Shown piece by piece: positions 37,801-49,971 of a DNA stretch of 64,000 nucleotides (positions are counted from its first letter, which is position 1; each line of letters starts with the position of its first letter). Source of the DNA: Fistulifera solaris. Lineage: Eukaryota. The stretch spans positions 682,001-746,000 of the forward strand of contig AP026138.1 of the NCBI GenBank assembly GCA_030295235.1. Reading direction: 5' to 3'. The notes below the pieces were generated by a model, which worked only from the letters and a program-made list of their open reading frames with translations, did not search any database and was not told the DNA's origin. The translations under genes were made by a program, and so were the position numbers.

Positions 37801-40226
37801 CACCTGAAAACGCCGTTCTCGACAAAATCATCGGAGCAATGACTTCATGGAATTGGCAAATTAATAAGTTGCGACCAAGTCTTGATGCAACCTGCATTTT
37901 TCGCTCCTCATCTTTACACGGTTCAGATGAACTTAAAGACGCCTCAGGCGGAAATACCTCACACCAAACCAGAATGCCAACGATTGCGTTCAATATTGTG
38001 TGCGCAGCGCACCGCCCCAAAGTGGCATCGCTTAGGGAATTTATACAAGCCTCGACATCGTGTTCTCCTTGGGCAATGTTCCGCCTGTTGACGAGCGAAG
38101 ACAAAAGCATGGCTTGAAGGATTAGACTGAGAGCATCACAGGCGTCCTCTAGATCTCGCGATGGAGGTAAAAATTCAACCCGGAGCCTCACGGCATCCAA
38201 AAAATGCTGAACTGACATCTGACTTCGTAGAACATAACCGGATGTAATACAAAATCCTCCGAATCGAGCCGCAACACATTTGGCTGCGTTGCAAAATCAG
38301 ATTGCTCAGCAGGGTGAGAGAATACAAAATGCTAGTTCTTTATAGCGAAGAAAAACATACCGATTGCAGCGGTCGCAGCCGAACAGCCACCCCACAGATC
38401 CCAATCTAACGCGAAGCCAAACAAAGCAGAAAGTGAGATGTCGGAGGTACGTTGTATTTGATGACCGGGCAAGAGGTCATGTAATGTGACTGATTCTGGC
38501 CCACAGCAAGACGCAATCAGCTCGACAGATGCCTCAATTACAGCCCTGGGAATATTCGAAGGGGCCAAGTTCTCATGCTTGACTTGTAAACCGATGCCTT
38601 CTTCAAGGGGGATTTTCGGAAGGCACAGAACTTGCTGTAAACACCTTGTATCTGATAGCTCGTAGTAAACTGCATCTCAAAGTGCAAGCCAGTACATGAA
38701 GTGTACCTGCTTGTAAGATTTCTTCATGCACTCGTGCTCCTCCGTTTCGAATATAGATCGCTAACCATCGTATCCACTTCGCAGCATTAGCCCCGTCATT
38801 GCTGTACATATAGTAAAGCTTTTGCAAGCTGGCTTCGTACAAGGACGGCAACATATCGAAAGTACGGGTGGGCGGACACATGCACAAGAAAAAGGCCAAA
38901 ACTGCAGCTGAAGACCACTTTTGTTCCTGTAAAATGACATACAAGTTGGGAGAGCAGGTCGGGGCCAGCGTTTGTGATATAGAAGCCAAATAATTCTCCA
39001 AAGCGTTGTAGAGGCGAACATGACCCGTTACGTAAAACTGAAGCGACTCATCTGTATCGTCAAGTGGTTCACTCGGTTGTATCAATCCCACTCGAGGAGT
39101 TTCTACCGTCGACCCTTGTTGACGCTCGTAGGGCCAAATCACGCGATTTTGTTTTTCATCTATACCGAGACTTCGTGCCGACGTTGCTTTGAAAGAAACG
39201 ATGGCGGTCCCCGACAAATGCTGTAACTCCATTGCGGCAGCATGTACTGTCAGCGGGATCCCTACTTTTGGTCCTTCTAAGCTACTGCCTTTCGACCTAA
39301 GAAGAATCGGTGAGGAAACAATTCGAATCAACCACTTCCAGTCGTGACGCAACTTACCAGTTGCAAATCGGCGGTAAGGTTGGAATGACGCGACCATCAG
39401 CGGTTTGAAGCGGTAGCTGTGGACCCATGGCTGCGCAAAGCGCCTGTATCGTGGTACCGACTGCGATGTTGGGGTAAATGGAAAATGATGAAACGTCCAA
39501 GTCAAGTGGATCCTGAGCAACGATATTCGAGAAACAGTGACTATCATCCATTCCTCTCTCGACCACAGGATACGACAAGGGTCCACCTCCTATTACATGG
39601 CCTTGTACGCTTGCAGTCCAGGTTGGACGTTTCAGATAAGGAAACACGTGTGAAAACACCACCAACTGCCATGTATCCAATTTTAGCACCATTTGGGCTG
39701 CCACTTGCTCTCCCAGGTTATTACTGGCTGTTAAAGTCGTTTCGACGCTGTCATCATCTGTCAGAATCCATTTCGAGCATGTCACTTTCAGATTATTAGC
39801 GGTATCTTTGGTCATATCTTTCGGTTCTTCTGTGGATGCGAACGAATAAAACAGTCGTTCGAAGGATTCAGCATCAGAATTTTCTCCTGCTTCAATTACA
39901 CCACCGTTATCTCGACCATTTTTTCGAGGCCTCACCCAAAACATGACTGTGTTAGCTTTACGCAAGCTCCCATTCCACTGCAAGGGTGGTAGATATCCTT
40001 TGCTTGGGCCGGATAGTGACATGTACGCATCCGCAGTCTCCGAAAGCCATTTCTCAATTACGGCGTCGTCGTTATTGCGGTAAATGACATCATGGAAATG
40101 CTCACTGACGGAAAACATTTTTACTTGCGATGGAGACTTTTCGCAGTGTAACGGAATAAAATTCAGAGCAATAAACAGAATGGACACTTGATTCTTGACG
40201 ACGACGACTTTCGATGCAACGCGCAT
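31849..40226 (-). CDS. BEACH-domain protein with PH-BEACH and C-terminal WD40 repeats; introns and indels
   Basis: RRYRLRDSSIELF, SGRSYNDVCQYPVFPWVL, FMYGSHYS, VKELIPEFY, LPPWAKGSPEKFV, WIDLIFGYKQQG, QIAHFGQCP, followed by WD repeats (VVGSEDGNATVW, LRGHGG). The 5' end is uncertain. Confidence 0.92.
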
Positions 40227-41530
40227 TTTCGAAACAGATCCGCTCTATTATCTCCAGCGAACACGAGACTACTCTATACAATATAGTCTCCTATACACGG
40301 CACCCAACCTATTAAAAATGAAAAAACCTCCTTTCGTACCGGTGAACGACGCCAACAAAAATGGATCATTCGGGACTGGGCGTCGGGGGACCCGATAATA
40401 TAGACCCTCTTTATCTTTATTGCATCTAGCTAGCTTTCTCGCAGGATTCGGAAAGTATCATTGCGTAAAAAATATCTCTTGGTCCTCACCAATGTATTAA
40501 TTCATGCTTGATATTATGAGTCCAAGTTGACGTGTTGATGAAAACGCATGCCCCTGCGATTTGCCTCCATTTTTTAGACGCTTTGCACACTGCCTGCCTA
40601 TGTTGTTAAGCTGTTAAACGTTACCTGGTAAACAGAGGGCAGCGTTTTTACTTTCTGCTATAATGCAACAAACGGGACTCATGACTTGCTTGGTAACGTA
40701 TTGATAATTCTTTCCTTAGCTTGTGACCGCCTTTAGTCGGGGTGTCTCAGTTTTTGAAAGCCAATCATTAGATTAATCGCTACTGTTTTACCAAGCAAGT
40801 GGAGATTCGCGCTTGGCTTTTTCATTGAGGCTTGGACTTGGGACTGAGACGGCTCTTTTAGGATCTAGCGCTGCGGGAGCTTATCGGGAACCAAATAAAA
40901 TAAAAATTAAGAAGTCCAAAGAAGTAAAATATGGCTAGATCACGTATTACGTTAGGGGTAACGCGCTCTTTGCGCTCTTGACTCTTAAGCTAAGACCTTA
41001 TTGGCAGCCTGTGAAAACTCTAGACAATTAATTTTTCTCGCGGGTGATGGCGAAGAACGAAGGTAAATCAACTTGGAAATGGGAGTCATTATTGCCAAGA
41101 ACTATTTTACGACTCGGAATACTATTCCTACTTCTGAGACAATAGTAGCTGGCTGAAAATTTTCACTTAGTGTCCAGTCTTGTCTTTTCGCTGTGAGGTG
41201 ACTGTACATTTGGTAAACTCCTGCGACATTGACTGTCCTGGAAAGTCAAGAACACCAAGAACATCACGAATACGATGACATGAGCTCTCCATTCTAAAAA
41301 AATCTCCTCCTCTAATTGAAGTTATTCGTCGTTCCTTGCCGTTCCGATCTGTGGAAGGAGATCCGACATCCGACCAATGAAAACATCGCCGCCGATGAGA
41401 GGAAGAAAAAGAGAGGCTATCCCGCCACAACAACACAATGTGTGAAAGACAAGTCGCTTGATGAGCAGGTCAAAGTTCAAACGGTATTTTGTCAACATTG
41501 AAAGACTTTCACAACACATAAATCAAAACA

Positions 41531-42358
41531 ATGAGCTTGCTTCCACTCCACAGTATTCTGGAAACATCGTTGAGTGACTTGGAGATCGCTTGCGACAACG
41601 CGCGAAGCCACTCGAGACGAATTTCGGTAGTGCAATGTCAGCGTCGGCCGATGGCTTACGAGCGACGAGACGAAAGGCGTTGGTTGAGTATACCAGGCAA
41701 TGTCCCAAAAGCACGCCCGACCAACATCAGCAACGAAGCCGAAGAGAAAGCTGGAAGAATCAGTCCAAGTTTTGAAACGAAAGACTCGACATCATCACCT
41801 CGCCCCCGACTTTCACGCCCTAGCCTCGCTTCTCCATTGGTCAAACCTGTACGCCAACTCAGCATCAAACACCTACAAACAGAGAAACTTCCGAGTTTAC
41901 CGAAATCAGGACAAAGGCGAACACTTGAGAAATCGGGCAGCAACCGTCGATTGAGACTCAGTCGCCAAGGAAGCCGAGAGTTTGTTTGCAAAAACGGAAC
42001 CGATGATGTTTCCCACTTGAAGAAAATTTCGCTGAAAGTCTCTTGCCAAGACCTCAACACCATTCTCGCAGGCGGCACCGGAGGCAGTGGTCCGTTGCGT
42101 ATTCCGGTCCGTCAACGAAGTATACGAGGAATCAACTGCAATCCAGCAGAAATAGAATTAGATGTAGTGAAAGGAAAGGACGAGAACCAGCAGCTGGAGA
42201 GCAAAGTGCGCAAGCCGCACTTACTTGGCGTCTCCGACTCAACGAATTTGCGAGATCACTCCAAGTCGCCAATTTTCAAAAGAAAGTCTTTCAACTCCCC
42301 GCGATGCCTAGCACTCGAGAACGTGTCTCGCGAAGCTTCCATTGTACCGAAACAGTAG
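41531..42358 (+). CDS. Hypothetical basic, S/R/P-rich protein
   Basis: 275-codon ORF with ATG in an A-rich context; N-terminal LLPLH...DNA motif shared with the next gene. Confidence 0.65.
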   Translation: MSLLPLHSILETSLSDLEIACDNARSHSRRISVVQCQRRPMAYERRDERRWLSIPGNVPKARPTNISNEAEEKAGRISPSFETKDSTSSPRPRLSRPSLASPLVKPVRQLSIKHLQTEKLPSLPKSGQRRTLEKSGSNRRLRLSRQGSREFVCKNGTDDVSHLKKISLKVSCQDLNTILAGGTGGSGPLRIPVRQRSIRGINCNPAEIELDVVKGKDENQQLESKVRKPHLLGVSDSTNLRDHSKSPIFKRKSFNSPRCLALENVSREASIVPKQ

Positions 42359-42922
42359 AATTTTCAGACCCCCACTAGGTGATAACTCATAACAACTTAT
42401 TCATAATTTAATTACTTTAATACTCGATACGCCTTTTAGTCTAAGAACTAGGATCTTTGGTCTCCATGTCACCTGTCACCCTAGCATCGCTCTCTTTGTC
42501 ACTGCTTGAAGATAATCCAATTCTTAACGACTCATCTAAAACGTTGAACACGACTGAATAACTCTGAGCAAAGATACCGATACGATTTCAAAAGTCGTTT
42601 TCATCCTACAAAAGCGTTTTATACTCTCTAGTAATAAGAAACGCCCCGAAAACTCCACCCCCAAGCCCAAACCCCAACGCAACGGACGATAAAGTTACGC
42701 GGAACAATCAAGAACCGCAGGTGACGACGGAGAACGATCGAACGTTATTACTGGTTAAGCTCCCTGTTTGCTGCTTTGTTCTTGTTGTGTAGCAAAAAGG
42801 TTTCGCTTTCTTCCTGCTGCTTGGTTTCTGGTTGGGTTTTTAGTTCATTTCAAAGCGATATTGAAATAACATTCTCACTTCTTACGCAAAATTTCCTGCG
42901 GTGTGCTATTCGAAAGCATACG

Positions 42923-43545
42923 ATGCTGCTATTACCTTTGCACCAGTTGCTACAAGTCCCGATCGATACGCTGTCGGTAGTTACTGATAATGCAGTGAGC
43001 CCAGCGCATCCATTGTCGGCTTCCTTAAAATCAATCTCCGTCGTGGAATACCGGCACGATCGATTTCGTGGGATGGTAGTCACTCCGGTCAGAATCGTTG
43101 GTCTGGCGCTGTCAATAATGAAAGCATGATGCTCAAGAAGCCTGGTCAAGGAAGAGAGCCACGAGTTGAACAGGAAATGAAAAGAACTCAACCTCGCGCA
43201 GAAATGAATCGACACATTGGAGCTAGAGACGCCCCCGCTCGATCCCATTCGATGGACAGTACATTTGAATCGTTGTGTCGAGGCCAGCGACCCGCACGAA
43301 GGCCCCGACGAAAGCTTAGTCCCGAACCCAAGCCGCAAGAAGCGGTCAACGACCGAAGGAGTGTTGGAATCGATAAAAGCTACGTGATCAGTTCTATTTT
43401 GAAGAACAAAATCACACTCAGTTCACTCAATGCTATGACTCCACAACGCGCGGTCTCGCCTCCTCCGCTCTTCTTAAGTTCTCACGAGAAGATTTCGGCT
43501 GCCAAGATGTTAACGGATGTTTTGGAAGAGTTTGATCAAGAATGA
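42923..43545 (+). CDS. Hypothetical protein, probable paralog of 41531-42358; frameshift near 43070
   Basis: MLLLPLHQLLQVPIDTLSVVTDNAVS; after a frame switch DGSHSGQNRWSGAVNNESMMLKKP joins ORF 43126-43545. Confidence 0.6.
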
Positions 43546-43727
43546 AATAGTTTGTCTGTTGATTTGATGACACGGCACGTCAAGCAATCCACAATGCATA
43601 ATTTCCTCATAACTATACGAATCTAGCACTAGCAGAAATTTGGCTAAGTAAGTATCTGACAACACATGACTTCTATTTTATTTATTGCGTTTATTCGCTC
43701 TCTGTGCAATACAAAGAATACGGAGAA

Positions 43728-44157
43728 TTTCCAGTCATGATGAATATATAACGGCTTTTTGGAGGCAAAATATCTCTACACTTGCGTTCGCTCCATTAGC
43801 TCGGTAAGCTATGATTGTTGCCATAACAACGCATTCATGCTTAGAAGCATTTGCAATAGCACATAGGGTATGCTTTGAAAAACGCTGGCTTTCGTTTTCA
43901 TCACAGACACGAACGAATAATCTATGCATCTTTTCCCAAGACTGCATTTCAGTCATGAGTCATGGTCTTTTTTAGAAAGACATCTATAAATCTCCGTTCG
44001 TTCTGCTATCTTTAGGAGCTATTATTACTTTATGTTTAGCAGCACTTGCAATACGCACATCGATTGTTTACATCGGACATGCTAATAAACGTTGTCTTGC
44101 GTACCCAAGTTAGAAATAGAATGTACACCGTCTACCACGACTCTATTCCAATCACGC
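43728..44157 (+). repeat. Diverged family A dimer
   Basis: Sites CAGTCATGA (~43732), CAAGACTG-CATTT-CAGTCATGA (43937-43958) and CACGACTC-TATTC-CAATCACG (44136-44156); internal TTAGCAGCACTTGCAATAC and AAACGTTGTCTTGCGTA blocks. Confidence 0.7.
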
Positions 44158-44189
44158 GTTACGAACCCACAACCCATAACCTTGAAGGA

Positions 44190-44253
44190 CGTTAAAATTC
44201 TGCCTCCAGTACAAAATTGTACGGAAGGTCTACAAAGAGGCAGAATTTTAACG
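44190..44253. repeat. Perfect 17-bp inverted repeat with a nested palindrome in the loop
   Basis: CGTTAAAATTCTGCCTC (44190-44206) and GAGGCAGAATTTTAACG (44237-44253); the loop contains GTACAA-AA-TTGTAC. Confidence 0.9.
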
Positions 44254-44369
44254 CCGTTCCTGGGCTAGCTAGAGAGTTATAGAGAGGCCAGAGCCCAAGA
44301 CATGAGCCAGATGCCATTTCGCATATGGCGTGCTTTCTTCGGTCAGTCAGCAACAGTATCTCAGTTCTT

Positions 44370-45420
44370 AGTTTTCAATTTTCAACAAAGAGAATGAAAA
44401 ATTATATACGTAGTCTTTAGCTTCTATAATCTATACTCTTGACTAGGTCTATGTATTTAGTACTCCAACCCTGCAATCTGCAACCATTCCGGACTCTCAA
44501 TATTTACTAAATAGTTGAATGATTCACCTACGTCTCATGTCTCATGTCCTCGCACTCGCATCTCAGATCTTAGATAGCAAATACGGAATACGAAGTAATC
44601 ATCATCTCTTTTTTTGCCTTGTCGAATAACCAAGATGCCTGGTACAAATTACTCCGATGCTTCGTGCATGGTGCTTGCCACTTGCCACATGGTACAAGGG
44701 ATCTGAGACACCACAAGCAAGACCCCGAAAGCAAAAGGTCGCAGATGTATCCGTTTCACAGTGCCCAATATCCATCTCTCTTCTCTCTCCCTTTGATCCA
44801 ACAAAAGGGACCATTGAAGTTGTTGAACCTCTAGCACCAAACGAACAAAAGGAACAGCGATTCAACTGTCTCGAGTCTGATGAAGCAATCATTATCTCTT
44901 ATCTGATGTCAGAGGTCAGATGTCAGGTGCATAATGACGGATGACGAGCCGGATCCCAGCATCCAGCATCCAAGCCACCCGCAAAGTGTCAAGTGTCAAC
45001 TGTAAGGTTGTAGATTGTAGAGTTAAATTCTCAATTCTCAATGCTCAATTCTCCCTATTGTACTTTACTTTATCGATAAATGTTGGTGTTGCTGTGCTTG
45101 TTGTTGCACGGTTAAAGGTTAAACGTTGCATGTACCACGTAAAAGATGCACCACGCACCACGTATCTAACCTTATACCTCGTTACTTGTAGTCTTTCGAT
45201 TGGCGATTGGCGATTATTCGCAATCGGCATTTCGAGACTCTCTCTTTCTTACTAAAAAGACCTCTTTAGAGAGTTTTGCGACTTTTGACGAGCGACAAAT
45301 GATAGTGACAGGTGACAGGTGACAGATGACAGATGACGTTATCTTTTGTTTTTTGTTTGCTGTTTGCTTTCGGTTTTTGAGTTTCCAGCGAATCTTTTAT
45401 TACTTCGTATTTCGTATTTA
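44370..45420. repeat. Patch of unrelated 7-bp tandem micro-duplications
   Basis: (CTGCAAT)x~2, (GTCTCAT)x2, (GTCAGAK)x~3, (CCAGCAT)x2, (GTGTCAA)x2, (TTGTAGA)x2, (ATTCTCA)x~4, (GGCGATT)x2, (RTGACAG)x~5, (TTCGTAT)x2. Confidence 0.85.
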
Positions 45421-45930
45421 GGCATTGCGCCTGCACGATAAATATTCGTCGAAATAGTTCTTTAACCTACTTATCAGTGACTTTAAGATCCCAAGATCTC
45501 TAGAGCGTCCGAAAACAAGTGTCCAGCACGACTTATTTCTACATTTGTTAAATACGTTACCAACACGTCATCCGACAAATCCGAACACCCTAAATGCTTG
45601 GAATGGGATAGTCGAGAGTACGTCTGCGGACGTCGTGAATTGCAGCATCTTGCATTCAACGACAATGGGACACGAGGTCCGTGTTGCGGGGGGCGGCGAA
45701 GTGCCGCTACGGGACAAGCCGCAGGAAACGTATTCAACGCCATCCTTCGTAGTCCATTTTTCATAAGTAAAAGTACAGCGTTGATACCAACGACAACTTT
45801 ATGATGAGCAAGAATTCGGCATTGTGAGACAACAAATTACCAATTCACCATTTTATTTCAAAGCGTCTTGAGTGAAACACGAAAAGCAATCGACTGGACC
45901 GAATAAGCTTTCCTGCTGTCGCTGGAAACC

Positions 45931-46554
45931 ATGTCTGACTCTATCAACAACGCAACGGATAGCACTGCGAAAAATGACCGGCCTGAAGATCAAGCGGAGG
46001 AACCCATACAGCCTTCGAGTCGAAAGAAGCGATCTTACATTGATGAGAGTCGTCTATCGGCGTACGAAGCGCAGCAACTCGAAGCCCGTCGCGCTTACAA
46101 TCGCTCGTGCGCGGCAAAAGCCAGACAGCGCTGCAAAGACTTGACCACTCAACTACAGGAAGAAGTAGCGAAGCTCAAACAAGAGAAAGCCGATTTGGAG
46201 CGTCAAATACAAGTCGCTGGAGCCAACATTCAGTTTCTAGAGCGTCAGAATCGTCTGTTAATGGCCCATCAGCAACCGCGTCCCGTCGTCGCACCGATCT
46301 CACTCCTCAGCAATCATGGCTTGAACAACTCAACGTTAGGAAGTACGATGGGTATCGATCAGGCATTGCTATCTTTATCGAATCTTCCATACACGCAGTC
46401 GACACATGGCATTGCAGGAGTCACAGGAATATCCAATTTGAGCCTAGGCAATTACCCAAATACGGCCTTGAATCTCAACAGGACACCGACTAGAAACACC
46501 CGCCCAATGTTTTCCGACGACCTACTAGGACTGGACAAACTCCCACCGAGATAG
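45931..46554 (+). CDS. bZIP transcription factor
   Basis: Basic region EARRAYNRSCAAKARQR followed by the leucine zipper L..QEEVAKLKQEKADLERQIQVA..NIQFLERQNRLL. Confidence 0.88.
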   Translation: MSDSINNATDSTAKNDRPEDQAEEPIQPSSRKKRSYIDESRLSAYEAQQLEARRAYNRSCAAKARQRCKDLTTQLQEEVAKLKQEKADLERQIQVAGANIQFLERQNRLLMAHQQPRPVVAPISLLSNHGLNNSTLGSTMGIDQALLSLSNLPYTQSTHGIAGVTGISNLSLGNYPNTALNLNRTPTRNTRPMFSDDLLGLDKLPPR

Positions 46555-46872
46555 TGTTGAAATCGCCTGTTTAACCTTTCTAGTTGCCAGCGACGCGATT
46601 ACGTAACAAAAATCATTATTATTTGAAGATGGGAGTGTTGTCAAGCCTGAAATCGACCCAAACCGCAAATACGTGAGACAAGAGCATGGAACGTATAGTT
46701 GATCTAGTGAATTGTAAATGACTGTAACAAGAGTAAGAACATGGAAACCCGGGACGCTTAAAAAGTTTATGTTTGTCCTTGTCGACCAGTTTCAGCAACA
46801 TATGGCAATGGGATTAATTTCATCTTGTCGGTACGAATCTTCCCCATGTAATGGATTTTTCGCATAGAAGAT

Positions 46873-47859
46873 TTACAAAGATGGCAAGTTTGTTGGAACA
46901 GAATTGACTTGCTCGGCAAGCTTGGCCACATCCTGTTCGTTCATGTTATTCATCCATCCCGGTGGAAGATCCAAGCCATCGAAACGCGACGCATAATTAG
47001 CAATATCTTCTTTTGAGGGAATGAATCCGACCGCCGTATATAGTTGTCGTAGTAAATTGTCGGCACCGATAATCAAAAAGACACGAAAAGGCCACTACGG
47101 CGAACATGATCAGTACTTCTCGTCCCGCACTCCACACGGTAGGCCACTTGGCACCCGAAAGTTCGCTGATCGTTTGTTCAATCGGATTTTTCATCATAAC
47201 CGGATCCACCTCTTGACGTTCTTCCAGTGACATCTCTTCTTCCGGATCATAGAACATGGTGGGCGTGTTTTCGTCCCACTGTCCCCGATTCGCTACAGAG
47301 GATTCATCGGTACTTATCTTACTGAGATCGATCCCTCCAAACATGGTGCTCGCCGCCGCTTCACGCTCTTGCTGTGCACCCCCGACAAGGCCTGCATTTC
47401 TCTATTTTTGATATAGTCCGCCGACACTTTGGACCGTTCCATTCCCAAATCGGCCGTTCGGGCCCGGATGGCCTCTCTCATCTTTTCAATTTTTTCGTCT
47501 TTTGTACTATTGTGGGAAAAGAAAGAGCCGTGAGACGAAACGAAGCCCTAAAGCACCTTCAAATAAACATCGGTTTCTAGTGAACGTACCGCAGGATTCG
47601 CATCAAAGTCACCCATATCATCGAGTCGTTTGCGATCGGCTTCTTCTATCAGCGATGCTTCGGCTTGTCCGAACGAAGTCCGCGTTACATTCTCTTCCTT
47701 TTCGCTCTTTTCGTCGGTTGTTGACTTGAGTTGGAAAACATTATTAGATGTACGGCAAAACGTTCTCGATTGGATCACAAAGGAAAGCGTGAAAGGGCAC
47801 AACGAGCCTAGCATCAGGCTTATTGCGACGCAAGATGTGACGAATGAAATCTTTCCCAT
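46873..47859 (-). CDS. Plastid-targeted SecE-like translocase subunit; intron and indels
   Basis: Signal peptide (MGKISFV...TLS-F) plus transit-like region; SecE-like ELSGAKWPTVWSAGREVLIMFAVVAFS..IIGADNLL. Confidence 0.65.
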
Positions 47860-48432
47860 GATTTGTCGTGTTAATTTTCTTGACCGTTTACAAACTCTCA
47901 AAGCGCTTAATTACTGGCAAGCAAAGATCCTTGACAAGCTTCGAATGTAAACTGAAGATCCTTTAGCAACTCTTGTTGTCTTCAACTCATCATCAACATT
48001 CGCCGCCATCAACTTCAGAAGGTCCACCTTTCGATTTCTGCCTCGAAAAAGCAGCGTACATGTTTCTTCATACACGTTTCTCATACCAATCCCTTTGTAC
48101 AACAAATCACATAGAAGGTCATTCGCACTTCACTGAATAGTACAATACGGTACTCGTCAGACGCTTGACACCACCACACAAAAACAGAACGCCATACGTC
48201 AGTGTCTGACCTTCGAACTGTTGCGGATTTTACGCGGTCGGCTCGTTTCGTGGTCGGCGGGAAAGACTGACTCAAACAGTGAGGGAAAAGACGCTCTCGC
48301 TGCCATCACCCATCGATCGACGGCTTCCTCAACAACAACAGCCATCGAACGGTTCTAATTTCGTTTCGAAAGGACTTCCACATATACCTTTCCATTCTAT
48401 AATAAAGACTTGTCATCAATTCACAGTAGAAG

Positions 48433-49922
48433 ATGAAGATTTGTCAAGCGGCCGCCCTTGCCGCCTTTGTTACTTCCGCTAGTGCTTTTTCGTCGGTGGC
48501 CTTTGTGGCTTCGAGGTGAGTGGAAGCTATTGCGAGAGAAGAAGAGCTTTATCGTCGGTGTCTCTCGTCTTTTAGAAAGATGAATTGCTTGCTGTAGTTT
48601 TTTGTACTAGCTAGATCGATTTGTTGCGCCTTTGAAGGTGCAACAGATTTCGTAGCGCAGTTGCACACTTTGCTTTTGCTGAAGAAATGCATCATCATCA
48701 ACACGCCGTTTCTAATTCAGCGTCAATTCCTCTCTCTCTTATACTACGTAATCAACAGAACCTCGACTGCCCGTTTCCAGTCCGCTGTCGCCGAACAAAC
48801 GGAGACATCCACCAGCAGCGAAGAGAAATCAAAAGCCCGAGGACCGACTCGATTCGATCGATTGAAGCAATTGTACAAGGGTCCTCGATTTATCGCCACG
48901 GATCAGGAAGTCCCTTTCTCGTATGAAGATTTCGCTCAAGCGGTTTCGGTAACCGAATACGCCTTTGAACGAAACTCGGTAGTACAGGGTGTGGCTGTCG
49001 AATATTCGGGAGAAAAGGGATGCTTGGTAGACATCGGAGCCAAGGCTTCGGCGTTCTTGCCCGCTCAGGAATCCTCCCTTTACATGGCCGACAACGCCGG
49101 TCTTTCCGATGTCATTCCTCTCGACACACCCATGAACTTTCAAATTATCAGTGAAGAAGACGAGAATGGTCAGCTCATCGTCAGTGTCAAGCGAATTCAA
49201 TACAAGGAGGCTTGGGAGAAGGTCTTGACACTTTCGGAAGCAGACGAAGTTGTGGAGGCCCAAGTTGTGGCTGTGAACCGCGGTGGAGCTATCTGCTTGA
49301 TTGAAGGCCTTCGTGCTTTCCTTCCTGGATCGCATTTGGCTGGACAGCTCCCAGATGAATCCCTCATCGGCCAGGTTCTCAAACTCAAATTCCTTGAAGT
49401 TAACCAAGAGAACGGCAAATTGGTCGTATCTAACCGCAAGGCTATTGTGGAACAACAAATGGCTGATTTGAGCCGTGGTGATTTGGTCGAAGGTATCGTC
49501 AAGGCCCTCAAACCTTACGGTGCTTTCGTCGAAGTCGGTGGCATGTCGGGATTGTTGCACATTTCTCAGATCTCTTACGATCGCATCGACGATTTGGAGA
49601 AGGTCCTGCAACCCGGTATGGCCGTCAAGTGCATGATCATTGATCACGACAAGGTCAATGGACGTATTGCTCTCAGTACAAAGACATTGGAGCCGGAGCC
49701 GGGTGACATGTTGAAGAACTCTCAGATGGTGTACGACAACGCCCGAACAAAACGGCCATTTTGTATCACAAAAAGATGGAGGAACAGCGACTGGAGCTGA
49801 GAAAAAAGCTGCCAGCGATATTGTGATGGGACTGGGGCGATTCTTTGGATGACTTGGACGGTAGTTCCAGCAGCGACCCCTTGAAGGATGTCTCGGATAG
49901 CTTGGACTCGTTACTCTCTTAA
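48433..49922 (+). CDS. rps1: Nucleus-encoded plastid 30S ribosomal protein S1; intron 48516-48758; indels near the 3' end
   Basis: Exon 1 MKICQAAALAAFVTSASA-F; three S1 domains (LVDIGAKASAFLP, NRGG..IEGLRAFLPGSH, KPYGAFVEVGGMSGLLHISQIS), RIALSTKTLEPEPGDM; probable stop TAA 49920-49922. Confidence 0.93.
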
Positions 49923-49971
49923 AACTTAATCTTTGGTAAACCGAGCGTAAAATATTCTGCAAATTGAAAGT

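Noticed and set aside
44876..44910. Box C/D snoRNA (TGATGA...CTGA)
   Set aside because: The boxes are only ~20 nt apart, too short for a snoRNA, and lie within the stutter field.
44602..45804. Short ORFs upstream of the bZIP gene
   Set aside because: Overlapping on both strands, no motifs, and crossing the 7-bp duplications.
48829..49962. 377-aa antisense ORF over rps1 (also 50996-51529 over RPS11 and 12815-13219 over the carrier)
   Set aside because: Antisense shadows of strongly codon-biased genes with no recognisable motifs.
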